Assembly: GCF_001194135.2 (NCBI RefSeq)
Contig: NC_068985.1
Location: forward strand, 25,377,833-25,441,832
From: Octopus bimaculoides
Taxonomy: Eukaryota
Length of the DNA stretch: 64,000 bases
Reading direction: 5' to 3'
The position numbers were made by a program, and so were the translations under genes. The notes under the pieces were generated by a model, which was not told the origin of the DNA, did no database searches, and saw only the letters and a program-made list of their open reading frames with translations. This document shows, piece after piece, positions 11,701-26,120 of this stretch. Each line of letters opens with the position of its first letter. The first letter of the stretch is position 1.

Positions 11701-14700
11701 TTATAATAAAAGATGACCTACCATCTAGTGTTATCCTTGAGTGATATGAATGCTAAAGACCCACCAGTAATGATTATTTGATATATTGAAAATTATTTTT
11801 CTATCTTGGAGAAAAATTTGTCAAGTTTTGTAAACAAATTTTTTAGAAGTAAATAAGCAGCTCATCAATAGCACAATAATGTTGTTAGATGTTTTTTTTT
11901 CTTTTTAACTCTGCTTTTCAAGCACAAGTTTTACTTAAAAGTGTTCTTATCAATGGCTATCAGCTAAAAGAAAGCCACCTGTCTTCAAACAAGCATCTGA
12001 AACCAGTATAGCAACAATTTCCCTTGTAGGTAAAGTTACTGCTATCAAAGGTGACTAATTCTACCTTAGAATGAGTAATGCATTCACTGTCAACTATTTC
12101 TGTAGAAGAGAACAAGATTTGTTGCAGAAAGAGATTGATTATAAGAAGTGAGAGGTAGGTAATAAGTAAACAAGAATAAGAGAGCAAGTGGTTAAGTTTG
12201 CTTCAAATATGGAATGTTTTAAATTGTGCATGACATAAAGATTATCATACTTGTGTCAATAAGGAAAATCTGTGAGGCGATATTCAACAAAAAAGAAATG
12301 AGAAGTTTTCCTTCCACCTATCCCACTTAATAAAAAAAACAAAAAAAAACAACACAACTACTACAAGTTATGAAAAAGAAAATTAAAGTCCATGATGCTA
12401 TTTACTTGGTTAGCTCTCAATATATTCTATTCTTGTCAGACAGGTTCTTGAAGGTATATATGGTAAGAAAAAAATCAGTAAAATTATATTTACTTAAGCC
12501 ATTGTATCTATTTACTTAACATGACTGAAGATTTTGTGGCAGTTTAGAAATCTGTACAAAATACCAACTTGATTTTAAACTATTATTTAGAATTATTCAA
12601 TATTTTAATCTATATTTGAAACATTCACAACAGCTTCACAAATGTAGGGTGTAATCAGTGTAATGTTTTTACACAAATATGATTCTTAATCTTTATAAAA
12701 AGTTCTTATATCTTGCTGTATACTTACTTCAAGAAAGCTAATCATTTTCCCTGAATGCCTCAGAAAGAAAGCAACTATTAACTTAAAATCTAAATATGGA
12801 AATGACTTCACATGACAAACTAATTGCAAGTAAGCTTGTGTTTTGTCTGACTATTTTTACAAGTGGAAAAGATGAAATTTACCTGGGTATATTAATGAGT
12901 CGGTGAGGTACTGTTTGCTGTGCTATGACAAAAGTTATATCAGAACTGAAATGAAGAAGAACAATATTAAAATTATGTTAACAGCACTGTAAATGTTTGC
13001 ATTTACTGTAATTTCACACAAAATATGATAAATTCAATATATATAAAACAATATTAAATTAACATAATTACATACTACTATGTAACAAGCAATGGTTTAG
13101 GAAGCTAAATTTCTCACTTGTTGTTTTTGCTAAATAAACCTAGAGAAGAAATCTTCTAACTGGTGATACTTTAGCACTGATTTGTTTTCATATCTTAAAC
13201 AATTCTTGATACTCTTTTAATACCAACCCACATAAGACTACTCCTGATTCTATGATTTTGCTTTAAAATTAAAACATTTTGTCTTAAAATTATCTAAATT
13301 AAAACCTATTAAAATTTCATGTTACGTTTCAAGCACCAGATCAATAATGAAAGTTAGTTTACTAAATTTTTCATTATTTTCAAAATTAATTGAAACAATG
13401 GCAGTGTATGTCAACACAAATATGGTAACAAAAGGCTTGTGGTTCTTAAAGAATATTTGCTTGTATTAAATAAGAAAGTACTTCAACAAACCACGGAAAA
13501 GAGAAAATTATAAATAGTACATCTCAGAAGAGTAGACAATGAACCATGAAAAGGTCCATCAGAATACTCCATCACGTCCTTTTTTTCACGTCAAAAAGGA
13601 TGGAAGGAATATGATAACAATTTTAGTTCAGTCATAACTTGGCTTGGTAATATTCAAATTTATTTCATTTCTTTTGATTTATACTGTGTTGTGCATAAAA
13701 TGTGTTATACGTAGTAACTGTTCAACAACATGAATTAGCTGTTATACTAAATTTATTATGCTGTATAAATAATATATATATGATTAGATGGATATAATTT
13801 CTTAAGTTCATATGCTGTTGGGAGAGGAATTACTCAGGAGAAGGAGCATTGAGAATTTGGATTCAATGTTCTTTGTCCAAAATGTAAACTTCTATCACAA
13901 CAGTTTAAAGTTAAGAAGCTATAAATTTTACCAATATTTTGCCAACATAGACCACCATTGGTCTGTCTGGATTCTGCTGTTTATTACACAGGCACTGCTG
14001 TGTGGTTAGGAAACTTGCTTCCCAGAGTTCAGTCCCACCGCATGTCACTCATTCTGGGCAAATTTCTTCTACTATTACCTTGGATCACAAGCTCATACCT
14101 TGTAAATAAATTTGGTCCAATGGAGACTATGTAAAAGCCCTTTGGTTACATTGTATCAGTAATTCAAAGATCCATCTTTGTCATATCATGTCATGCCAAT
14201 TCTACTTGAGAATTATATTAAGTGTACATGCATCAGTGGAGTACTCAGCCACTTACATGTAAAGTCAATGGACCTCGTAGATCAGCTGATTGACAATCTG
14301 AATTCATGGCTGGAAATTCTGACCAAGAACCATCATTCAAAGAATTCCTTTTCTTGTATGATACATACAATTGAATGTTTTATCAGTACGCTAATTGTAA
14401 CATGCAATATAATACAGCTGGGTGTTCTTGGGGATTTAGCTTTGATTGACAAATGGAACTGCTTTTGGTATTTCATTAATTCTATTTATGGTAGAATAAG
14501 TAACAATATTTTCTACTTACTCTTTACTGCAGGTATAGAGGTCTACAGACAGAATTATTACAACTGTTATAATCCTTATTGCATTTTAAACCCATAATAG
14601 GGAGAAAGAATCATACTTACATAGCATTACCATTTTCATCATAAGCTATCTGGACATCTTCAAACAGAACAATATTGCTGATCTTCTCTGATAAAATCCT

Positions 14701-15513
14701 AAAGGAAGAGAAATAATTGTTTATAAAGAAATATTAATTTAATTTAATTTTTAAATCACCAGAAAAAAGTAAAAATTTATAAGAAAAATAAAGTCCTACC
14801 AAAATGGACATTTGAAAACAGAACTCAATATCTATTAATGGCTTCACAGTCACTTTTTAATGCTACTTTTGTTTAGAGGCAAAGAAAATTGAAATACTTG
14901 TATAAAAATTGTCAGAGCAAGTGTTTTATAAAGTTAGATACTCTTTCATTTAATCAACCAAGGGTTGACAAACAGATGAAAACAGAATTATTTAGATCTA
15001 GGTCAGACCTGGCTCAAAGGCATTCCAGTCATGATTATCTTGCTTTTATTTATCTATTAATTTTCTTTTTTTTTTCCTGAAACACCATATAGAGAATCCA
15101 CATGAGTTGAGTCTGCAGCTACTGAACTAACAGCCACTCAGCTTATTAATGAGAAGGCCATCATTAAAATAATTGCCAATAATATATTAAAATTATAACT
15201 CAGAGACAGTTATGTCCTTATGCTGACAGATTATCGATGGATATTTTTTTAATGGCTTGGTATGGAGGAATCACTACTTCTATAAACTTTGCAAACGCTC
15301 TAAGGACAATAAAAACAATATGCTTAATTTTCTTCCTGAAGTGTTGCAAACTGTAGAAAAAACATGGATAAGGAGGAAATTCCAGAGGGATATTCCGACT
15401 GAAGTAGTTCAAGAAAAAAGTAAAAAAGTTGTGTAACACCTGTTTGGGTAGGGGACATAATATGGGTAACTAGAAGAGAGTTGAACAAACAAGAGGTAGG
15501 ATTTGATACACCA

Positions 15514-15577
<64 letters not shown>

Positions 15578-16776
15578 GAAACCCCTTTCAGTCATGAATG
15601 ACTATGGGATTGCACCTAGAAAGTTCCCCTCCAAGGCACAAGTCTGGGCAAGGTTGTTTATGGAAGACCAGCAGTCACCCATGCATATCACACCACTGAT
15701 ATTACCCAAGGGAAAGGCAAAGGCTGATACAGCTTGACACCAGTAATGTTGCAACTCATTTCTACAGCTGAGTTAACTGGAACAACGTGAAATAAAGTGT
15801 TTTGCTCAAGAAGACAACACGCAGCCGGGTCCGGGAATCAAAGTCACAACCTCACAATCATAAACTTGACGCTCTAACCACTGAGCCATATATATANNNN
15901 NNNNNNNNNNNNNNNNNNNNNNNNNNNNNNNNNNNNNNNNNNNNNNNNNNNNNNNNNNNNNNNNNNNNNNNNNNNNNNNNNNNNNNNNNNNNNNNNNNNN
16001 NNNNNNNNNNNNNNNNNNNNNNNNNNNNNNNNNNNNNNNNNNNNNNNNNNNNNNNNNNNNNNNNNNNNNNNNNNNNNNNTATATATATATATATATATAT
16101 ATATATGGTGATAATAGATTCTCTTGTCATGAACAACAAATGAGGGTTCAGTAAAATAAAGCTGTTGTCATGTTCTATGGATATGCATGTGTCTCTTGAG
16201 TACTTGTGGATCATTTACTGCATGTTTCCTTGAGTGGACAGCAAGGCCTGCTTTGCTCTGAGCCACAAAATCATAATGACAAGTTAAGTTTGCATTTATA
16301 GGAGTGGGATTTTGTTAGCGTGCCTTCATACTTGCACAAAACTGGTCCTGATGATGGAGTTGACTTTGCTCAAATATTTGAACTGAGGAGAAGCAGAACT
16401 GGCAATAGGTCCTGCATTCACCAGGAATTGAACTCACGTCCTTATGATTGTGAGCCAAATACCTTAACCACTAAGCCACACACCTTCACATAATCTGTAA
16501 ATGGAACAGTAAAAATACACAAGACTTATCTCAAGTTAAAAAAATGTGACTTTGTTTTTGTTATCTAGATTCTGGTGGTGTAGCTTTGTATCTTTGTTAG
16601 AAACCAACTCCTTCCTAACAAGAAGAAAGGGAATATTGTATTGCTTCAGATTGATTGTCTTTTAGTTTATCTTTGAAGCACAAGAGTAGCCTTTCAAATG
16701 TCCTTCCTGTTCGAAATTGGCCAAAGAGAAATTGCTCCAGAGTTCTGATATATGTCTATGTATAAATATATATCTT

Positions 16777-16861
<85 letters not shown>

Positions 16862-17444
16862 ANNNNNNNNNNNNNNNNNNNNNNNNNNNNNNNNNNNNNN
16901 NNNNNNNNNNNNNNNNNNNNNNNNNNNNNNNNNNNNNNNNNNNNNNNNNNNNNNNNNNNNNNNNNNNNNNNNNNNNNNNNNNNNNNNNNNNNNNNNNNNN
17001 NNNNNNNNNNNNNNNNNNNNNNNNNNNNNNNNNNNNNNNNNNNNNNNNNNNNNNNNNNNNNNNNNNNNNNNNTATATAGTGGAGGTGCAATGGCCCAGTG
17101 GTTAGGGCAGCAAACTCGTGGTTGTAGGATTGCGGTTTTGATTCCCAGACTGCGCGTTGTGAGTGTTTATTGAACAAAAACACCCAAAGCTCCATGAGGC
17201 TTTGGCAGAGGGTGGTGGCGAACCCTGCTGTACTCTTTCACCACAACTTTCTCTCACTCTATCTTCCTGTTTCTGTTGTACCTGTATTTCAAAGGGCCAC
17301 CCTGTCACACTGTATGTCACACTGAATCTCCCCCGAGAACTACATTAAGGGTACATGTGCCTCTGGAGTGCTCAGCCACTTGCATGTTAATTTCACGAGC
17401 AGGCTGTTCCTTGGATCAGCTCGTATATGTATATATAATGTGTG

Positions 17445-17477
<33 letters not shown>

Positions 17478-19057
17478 ATCTACAGTTGATCTGGTCAACG
17501 GAACAGCCTGCTCGTGAAATTAATGTGCAAGTGGCTGAGTACTCCACAGACATGTGTACCCTTAATGTAGTTCTCAGGGAGATTCTGTGTGATAAAGAAT
17601 GCAACAAGGCTGGACTTTTGAAATACAGGTATATATATATATATATATTAATCGAAGTGTACAGTATTATATATCCATATATCCATTACAGCCGATCTTA
17701 CCAATCGGTTTTGCACTAAGGGTTCAACGGAATGTTAGGTAACAGTTTGATAATGTAACCCTACTCTCTTCAGAGATGGCAGTAATGGAATAGAATATGG
17801 CAACTGCTCTCTATTTTGGGAGGAGAGCAGACGCATCCAGTTTGTAGTTGCTGTGAAAAAGACACACACAAAATATTATATGTGTACATTTATATATGCA
17901 TGCAAACACACACACACACACACACATTATGTGAAACAAAATCATATGTAATGTATAATATAATCTGTGTATACCATTGCTAAAATAACATTTTAAGTTC
18001 TGATAAGTACCAAGATGAACAGTAAATGACATTTCACAAGCCATGGAAATAAGCATGAACTCATGTCCTTATGATTGTGAGCCAAAAACCTTAAACACTA
18101 AGTCACACACCTTCACATAATCTGTAAATGGAACAGTTAAAATGCACAAGACTTATCTCAAGTTAAAAAAATGTGACTTTGTTTTTGTTATCTAGATTCT
18201 GGTGGTGTAGCTTTGTATCTTTGTTAGAAACCAACTCCTTCCTAACAAGATGATTGCAAATAATTGAAAATAAAAGAGAATATACAGACACACGTCCATA
18301 TCTCTTCCATCTGTGGATATACTAATAAAATTGGAAAAATAGCACAATGCCCATGATTTTCAGAAGCAATTTTTTCACATTCAGAATTGTTGAAGCATGA
18401 AGACATTATCACCCTCAATAATTCAATGCTCCCCAAAATTCATCAACTCTACTCTTGATGTGCCTTTGCACCCAGTCCCCTTCATGGCACTTTTACCATT
18501 CACTTTTCGGCGATCATTCGATAGTAGTACGCTAGTTGTCAACCAGTTTGTCAGCTGGTCAACATGTCACTTATCACTCGCATTGCCGAATTGATGTAAA
18601 CAAAGACATGTTGACCAGCTGGTTGACCAGCTGACAAACTGGTTGACAACTAGCGTAGTACTATCGAATGATCGCCTTCACTTGACTTATTACCACTTTT
18701 TATCTCCTCCTGTATTCTTTTCCACTGAGTTGTAGCACACTTGATTATTGCATGCAATAAATTCATTATTATTATTATTACTATTATTATTATTATTGAG
18801 TGAGAAAGCAGTGCATGTCATCAAAGTGACACTGGAGTAAAATATATGAAGCCCAGTATACCCATCATGACTACCCGACTGATAAGGGCACACCAGGCAC
18901 ATACATCATAACCATTACATAGTGATCTCATATCAAGATAAACAGCACATGACCTTGCAGGTGGGGGCCAAGTTAGAATTTCCTTCAAGTTGAGTAGCCC
19001 ATCCTGCACGAAATAATAATAATAATAATAACTTCTGGAGGAGTTACCTTAGTCCTA

Positions 19058-19115
<58 letters not shown>

Positions 19116-20118
19116 AATATTATTATTATTGTAGGAGTCAAGCTAGCAGAATTGTTAGTGTGTTGGCAAAAATGCTGAGAGGTATTTCTTCTGGTTTTAT
19201 ATGTTCTGAGTTCAAATCCTACCATGGTCAACTTTGCCTTTCATCCCTTCAGGGTCAATCAAAATAAAGCACCAGTTAAGTACTAAGGTCAATAGTATCA
19301 ACTAAACTCCCAACCTTCAAACTGATGGCATTGTGCCTAAATCAGAATTTATTATATACACACATACATGCGTAAGCATACACTGATAGACACACACATA
19401 TATACACATACATACGAACACACCTATCTACCTACCTACCTACCTACCTACCTACCTACCTACCTACCTACATACACACACACATACATACATACATGTT
19501 AACATGAGAAATCTGCTGTTACTCCAGAGTACAGATTCCCTCTCTGTTCGGAGACACAAGCACTTATACACACATGTACTCACACACAATGGTAACTTCT
19601 GCCTACCAAATTCAATCACAAGGCTTTAGATGGCTCGAGAATATAGCAGAAGACAGTTGCTCAAGGTGCCACGCAGTGGAACTGAACCTGAAACCATATT
19701 GCTAGGTTCTTTGGATATATAAGTAATTACCCTTACACCATTCTTGAGAAGTTGGTCCTCATAACATGAAAGAAAACGTGACAAATCTGAAAAGCACAAC
19801 TGCAAGTCATTGAAGGCACTGTGAAAATATATTTAGTGCATAAAAAGTGCATTTCAACACGTGTACACATGCAAGTATATGTCAGTGTACCTATATATAA
19901 GTTAAAACATACACATCCACACATGCAATGACGTCCGTGCTTACACATATATATGTACATGCTTAAATGCATATATACATCTGTGCATACATACCCCACT
20001 GATGTTGTCTAAATTCCAGTGGAAGAGCTGTGTTTCTGGGTTAGAAACCAGCTTTTTCTCCATTGGCAAGAAATTTAAAAGATGAAAGACAAAAAGAAAT
20101 AATGAACAAATAAACATG

Positions 20119-20169
<51 letters not shown>

Positions 20170-21713
20170 CATCATCATCATCATCATCGTTTAACGTCCG
20201 CTTTCCATGCTAGCATGGGTTGGACGATTTGACTGAGGACTGGTGAAACCGGATGGCAACACCAGGCTCCAGTCTGATTTGGCAGAGTTTCTACAGCTGG
20301 ATGCCCTTCCTAACGCCAACCACTCAGAGAGTGTAGTGGGTGCTTTTACGTGTCACCCGCACGAAAACGGCCACGCTCGAAATGGTGTCTTTTATGTGCC
20401 ACCCGCACAAGCCAGTCCAGGGGCACTGATAACGATCTCGCTCGAAAATCCTACAGGAGCCAGTCAGGCGATATATATATATATATATATATATATACCA
20501 CATACATACATACATACAGACATACACACACACACACACACACACGTGCATTTACACATGTGCATATATACATATATACATATATACATATCAATGTTGT
20601 TAAAACAGAATGCAAGCCAAAAAGCATTTCTAAACAAAGGGACCTAACTCTTCCCTACGTAACGGAAATCCAATGCAACCCATTTTATAGTTATGAGAAT
20701 TATATAATTGATTATGATTCTTTTACTCTTTTACTTGTTTCAATCATTTGACTGGAGCAACGTCTTAAAGGTTTTTTTAGTTGATCCCCAGGCTTTTTTT
20801 GAAAGCACTTATTCTATCGGCGTCTTTTGCTGAACTACTAAGTTACAGGGATGTAAACACGCCAACACTGGTTGTCAAGCAATGGTGGAGAGACAAGTAG
20901 AAACACAAAGACACACACACATTGTTTGTTGGCACTCCGTCGCTTACGACATCGAGGGTTCCAGTTGATGCGATCAACGGAACAGCCTGCTCGTGAAATT
21001 AACGTGCAAGTGGCTGAGCACTCCACAGACACCTGTACCCTTAACGTAGTTCTCGGGGATATTCAGCGTGACACAGTGTGACAAGGCTGACCCTTTGAAT
21101 TACAGGTACAACAGAAACAGGAAGTAAGAGTGAGAGAAAGTTGTAGTGGAAGAGTACAGCAGGGTTCGCCACCATCCCCTGCCGGAGCCTCGTGGAGCTT
21201 TTTAGGTATTTTCGCTCAATAAACACTCACAACGCCCGGTCTGGGAATCGAAACCGCGATCCTATAACCGCGAGTCTACTGCCCTAACCACTGGGCCATT
21301 GCGCCTCCACTACACACACACATTGATATACACATATATGTATATACGACAGACTTTTTTCAGTTTCCGTCTTCCAAATCCACTCACAAGGTTTTGGTCA
21401 GCCCAAACCCAGAACCATGTGGTTGGGAAGCAAGTGTCTTACCACACAATCACACCATGATTCTTTAATTGAGAAATGTGCATTGGATGATATTGTGTTC
21501 TGGTAACACAGATACATATGGAAGGCAGGATCATGAGATCATTGAACAGGCTACATTTCAACTCTCTGAGATCTGAGTTCAAATTCTGGCCAATTTTTAT
21601 TTTTTATTCATTCAAGATTGAAAAATAAAGTACCAGTCAAGTATTAGAATTGATTCTTCTCTTTCTCACTTTCTGGATAAAGTTGACAGATAGCCAAGAC
21701 ACACTGTCATGTT

Positions 21714-21759
<46 letters not shown>

Positions 21760-24700
21760 CGCGCATGTTTGTGTGCGTGTATGTATATGCATGTGTGTTT
21801 GTGTATGTGTATGTGTGAATGCATGTACGTATGAGTGTGTTTGTATGTATATGCATCTGTGTATGTGTGTCTGTATGTTTGTGTGTATGTGGGTATGTAT
21901 GTGTGTGTTATATTAAAAAGGCAAGGAGCATGAAAAGGAGGCAACATGAGTGGGACAAATGTTAAAAAATGCTGTATTAGTTTAATACTTAAAAGGGGAG
22001 AGGAGTCTGACATTTCAGACGCTGGTCCTTCATCTAACAAAAGATCAAAAAGAAAGAAATAAAAGGAGAAACAGTGGAAAAAATAAATAAGAGGCCAGGC
22101 TAAAGATCGTGTGGGAATGCAATTTTATGGGGGCTTAGGAAGGGAGGAGACAGCCAGCAGGGTGGTGTGTTCATGTATAGGAGTATATCCATGTATAGTG
22201 ATGGATATGTGGGAGGTATCTGTGTGTGAGTGGTACTATGGAGTACATGTGTTATGTATATGTGTATGTAGGTCTACATGTATGTATTTGTGCATGNNNN
22301 NNNNNNNNNNNNNNNNNNNNNNNNNNNNNNNNNNNNNNNNNNNNNNNNNNNNNNNNNNNNNNNNNNNNNNNNNNNNNNNNNNNNNNNNNNNNNNNNNNNN
22401 NNNNNNNNNNNNNNNNNNNNNNNNNNNNNNNNNNNNNNNNNNNNNNNNNNNNNNNNNNNNNNNNNNNNNNNNNNNNNNNNNNNNNNNNNNNNNNNNNNNN
22501 NNNNNNNNNNNNNNNNNNNNNNNNNNNNNNNNNNNNNNNNNNNNNNNNNNNNNNNNNNNNNNNNNNNNNNNNNNNNNNNNNNNNNNNNNNNNNNNNNNNN
22601 NNNNNNNNNNNNNNNNNNNNNNNNNNNNNNNNNNNNNNNNNNNNNNNNNNNNNNNNNNNNNNNNNNNNNNNNNNNNNNNNNNNNNNNNNNNNNNNNNNNN
22701 NNNNNNNNNNNNNNNNNNNNNNNNNNNNNNNNNNNNNNNNNNNNNNNNNNNNNNNNNNNNNNNNNNNNNNNNNNNNNNNNNNNNNNNNNNNNNNNNNNNN
22801 NNNNNNNNNNNNNNNNNNNNNNNNNNNNNNNNNNNNNNNNNNNNNNNNNNNNNNNNNNNNNNNNNNNNNNNNNNNNNNNNNNNNNNNNNNNNNNNNNNNN
22901 NNNNNNNNNNNNNNNNNNNNNNNNNNNNNNNNNNNNCAAACTAATACACCTGCTTGTTGTTCATACACCTGTCTTTGTCTTTGTGTCTCTGTAAATTGTG
23001 TGTGAATATATGAATTTATTTGTATATGTGTATGTACACATGTATTCATGCAGACAGGTAATGTTTCAAAATAATCATAAACGTAAATGGTTTACAAATG
23101 CATTATTTTAATAGCAACTTTTGGTGAAATTTAATTAGTTCTATTACTTCAGCATGTTTTTTGAAACATCTTTGGGAGACAAAAAAAGTTAAATTTATAA
23201 TTTGCAAAAAGAAAAAAAAAAAAGAAATTATAAAAATTGAGCAATTAGAAGTTAATTTTAATAATTATTTTGCTACTTACTGTCTTACATTTTGCTTCAC
23301 TTTACCAAATTCCGAAGGTTTGACCTCATACTTAAGTGACATCCGGTTATCATCAAACACGATGTTAATCTGTGAGAGGAATATTTGAAAAATAAATGAG
23401 AAATTGATTTAAAGAAGAGTTGTGTGAGAGCTGCAATGTGGTATGGGAGTGAGACATGGTGTCTGAGGGAGAGAGAGATGGTAATTTTGAGAAGGACTGA
23501 GGGAGATGTGTGGGGTGAAGCTGTTTGATAAGCAGAGGACTGAGGATCTGATGGGAATGCTGGGGTTGGAGGAATCGGTGGAATGGTTGGCAAGGGTGAA
23601 TCGAGTGAGGTGGTATGGGCATGTGTTGAGGAGGGATGAAGAGCATGTTCTGAGGAGAGTGATTGCATTTGAGGTAAATGGAGCGTGAAAGTGAGGTAGA
23701 CTGAGGAAAAGGTGGAGAAGGAGATCGGGAGGGTTGGTTTTAAAAAGGAGGACACCCAAAACCAGGCAAGATGGTGAGATGGTGAGAGGGCAGTTGCTAT
23801 GGCATTAAGGTAGATTCAGCCCCCACCCCTGTTAACAGGGACAAAACCCAGATTTAAAACACTGGATGATGAAGATGATGAAAATAACATTAATTTTAAT
23901 CTAGAAACTTTGAGAGATATATTATTTCACATCTGTCTAAGTTTCTAAAGCAGAAGAAATTAATAAAATATTCTTATAATATAAACAGCATACAATTCTT
24001 GCTGGTAAGAAGAAAGCTTCTCAAACAGAGAGAAATTCAAAGAACTGTGTTGGTATAATGGTATCACACCTGTCATAACCATAGAATATGGGAGTTGATG
24101 TCCATGGGAAACCTTCAACTTTTTTCTGTTTAAATCAATACTCTACATGCAGTTGTTTATAGTTTTGTCTACTCCAAGTTCAACCATAAAAACGATATAT
24201 TTCAAGTGTATACTATATTTTGATTACTTGATAATTTTATTGATTGATGCATTTAAATTAATTTATACATAGGTCTAATCAGCATGTGAATTGGTTTACA
24301 TAATGAATAATTATCTTTTGCATTTCAACTCCCTTTAGATCACTGGCCATCAATACATACCAACCACATCCTTCTGTTCAATATACTCTCTTCTCACTGC
24401 TTTCAATTCTTTACCTTCTTTTTTCATTTCTGTATCCAGTTCTTGTTTCCATTCAGTTAAAGATTTTCTAGAGAAACTCAAGAGCTGAACAGCCTTTTAA
24501 CCTCAACAAAGATTTCCAGAACCAAGAGATTGTCATCAGTTTCTTAAATAAATAGTCTCGTTTATTCAAGGTTTGTAGGATTGTTTTGCTTTCTATTGAT
24601 GTTTCCAGAGTAAAAAATGTTTTAGGGAGCAGCACTGCTAACTTTACACCCAACCCTCAGCCCGGAGGACAACGTTTGTGCTGTATCTGTGCTTAATGTA

Positions 24701-26061
24701 TTTTGACCACCATTTAAGATGAAAAATTCTTTCACTGCTTAATTAGAGGAGCAAGGATAGCCTATGACTTATAAGAAGAAGCAAGAAAGTTTTCTTCAGA
24801 TCAGAGATCTGACTCAATGCATGCAAGAATGGACTCTACAAAGGCAATTAAGGGATAAGTGCCATCTTATGACATAGGCACACTGGGCAATTGCCCTGGA
24901 ATTCCACAAGTCTAGGAACCCAATACTAATCTATATATGTTGTGATTGTGTTTGTAGTGACTCCAGTGAGCAGTTTTACCAAGGATTTTAATACTGTTAT
25001 GGAAGCCCTGCCCAAAGGACCTGTTAGTTGTGGTAAACAAAGCAATGGAATAGATCTATTATGAGTCAAACAAGTGCCATACTTTGTAATTCTTGGTAGG
25101 GTATGCACATAGTCATAGGCAATGGAATTAATTGTTTTATTTAAATACCTCTGCACATCAATATAATAATTTAATCATTCAATTTAAATTCTTTAAAAGC
25201 ATTCTCTGAATTAAGTTGATATTGTTCTGCTTTCTGCATTACATTCTTCTTTGGTAAATATAATATGCAATAACAGAATTGAGAAATTTTTCAATGCCAT
25301 TATTTAAATTTTACTAATCAATCCAATGTGTTTATTCTTTGATTTGAAGGAGATTTAGCAGTTATTTCTTGCCAGTTGAGCAACCACCTGTAGTCATTTA
25401 GTCTGAAACCTAGTATCTAATAAGTGGATGAACTTGATATGTACTTACCACAGCTTTGTTTGTCGCTGGTTTTTGGCCTCTGTCAATTACTTTGACATCA
25501 AAATAATAATTTGTTGCATCATTTTGCTTGTAGACATCAGAATTAAGTATGTTCCTTCCCAGCATATAAAATGGAATTGTTTTACTAGATACAATTGAGT
25601 ATGTCAAATAATATTTATCATAAAGATCTTTATCTGTTGCCTGATTACAAAGAAAAATGAAATGAAAAACATATTAGAAGGTTCATACATCTTATATGTA
25701 CATATTTTACATTTTCATTTACAAACATACATAGATTTATCTTAGGAAACGATCTGGTTAATGGCTGAACAGTTTGTAACTTGACTTTGATGTTGCACTG
25801 AATTCTTAGTAAACTAACACCCAAATACACAGTGTGTCTAAATACAAGATTTTGTTTTATCTTTTATCCTTTACTTGTTTCATTCATTCAACTTCGGCCA
25901 TGCTGGGGCACTGCTTTCAAGTGATTAGTTGAGCAAATTGGCTCCAGTACTTTTTTCTTAAGCTTGATTATTCTTCTATTGGTTTCTTGTTGTTGAATCA
26001 CTAAGTTACTGGAATGTAAAGAAACCAATGCCATTTGTCAAGCAACATATATACACACACC

Positions 26062-26120
<59 letters not shown>

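Noticed and set aside
12728-12758. Strong donor GTAAGT after ...MISFLE in intron 19
   Set aside because: The CAG acceptor gives 23 nt with a stop, and the GAG acceptor gives phase 2-0, incompatible with the phase-2 TM exon. RNA-seq could overturn this.
22111-23049. Long ORFs of 200-300 aa in the ORF track (also 39096-40032, 44222-44698, 46146-47080, 15802-17195)
   Set aside because: They are open only because they cross N gaps or microsatellites.
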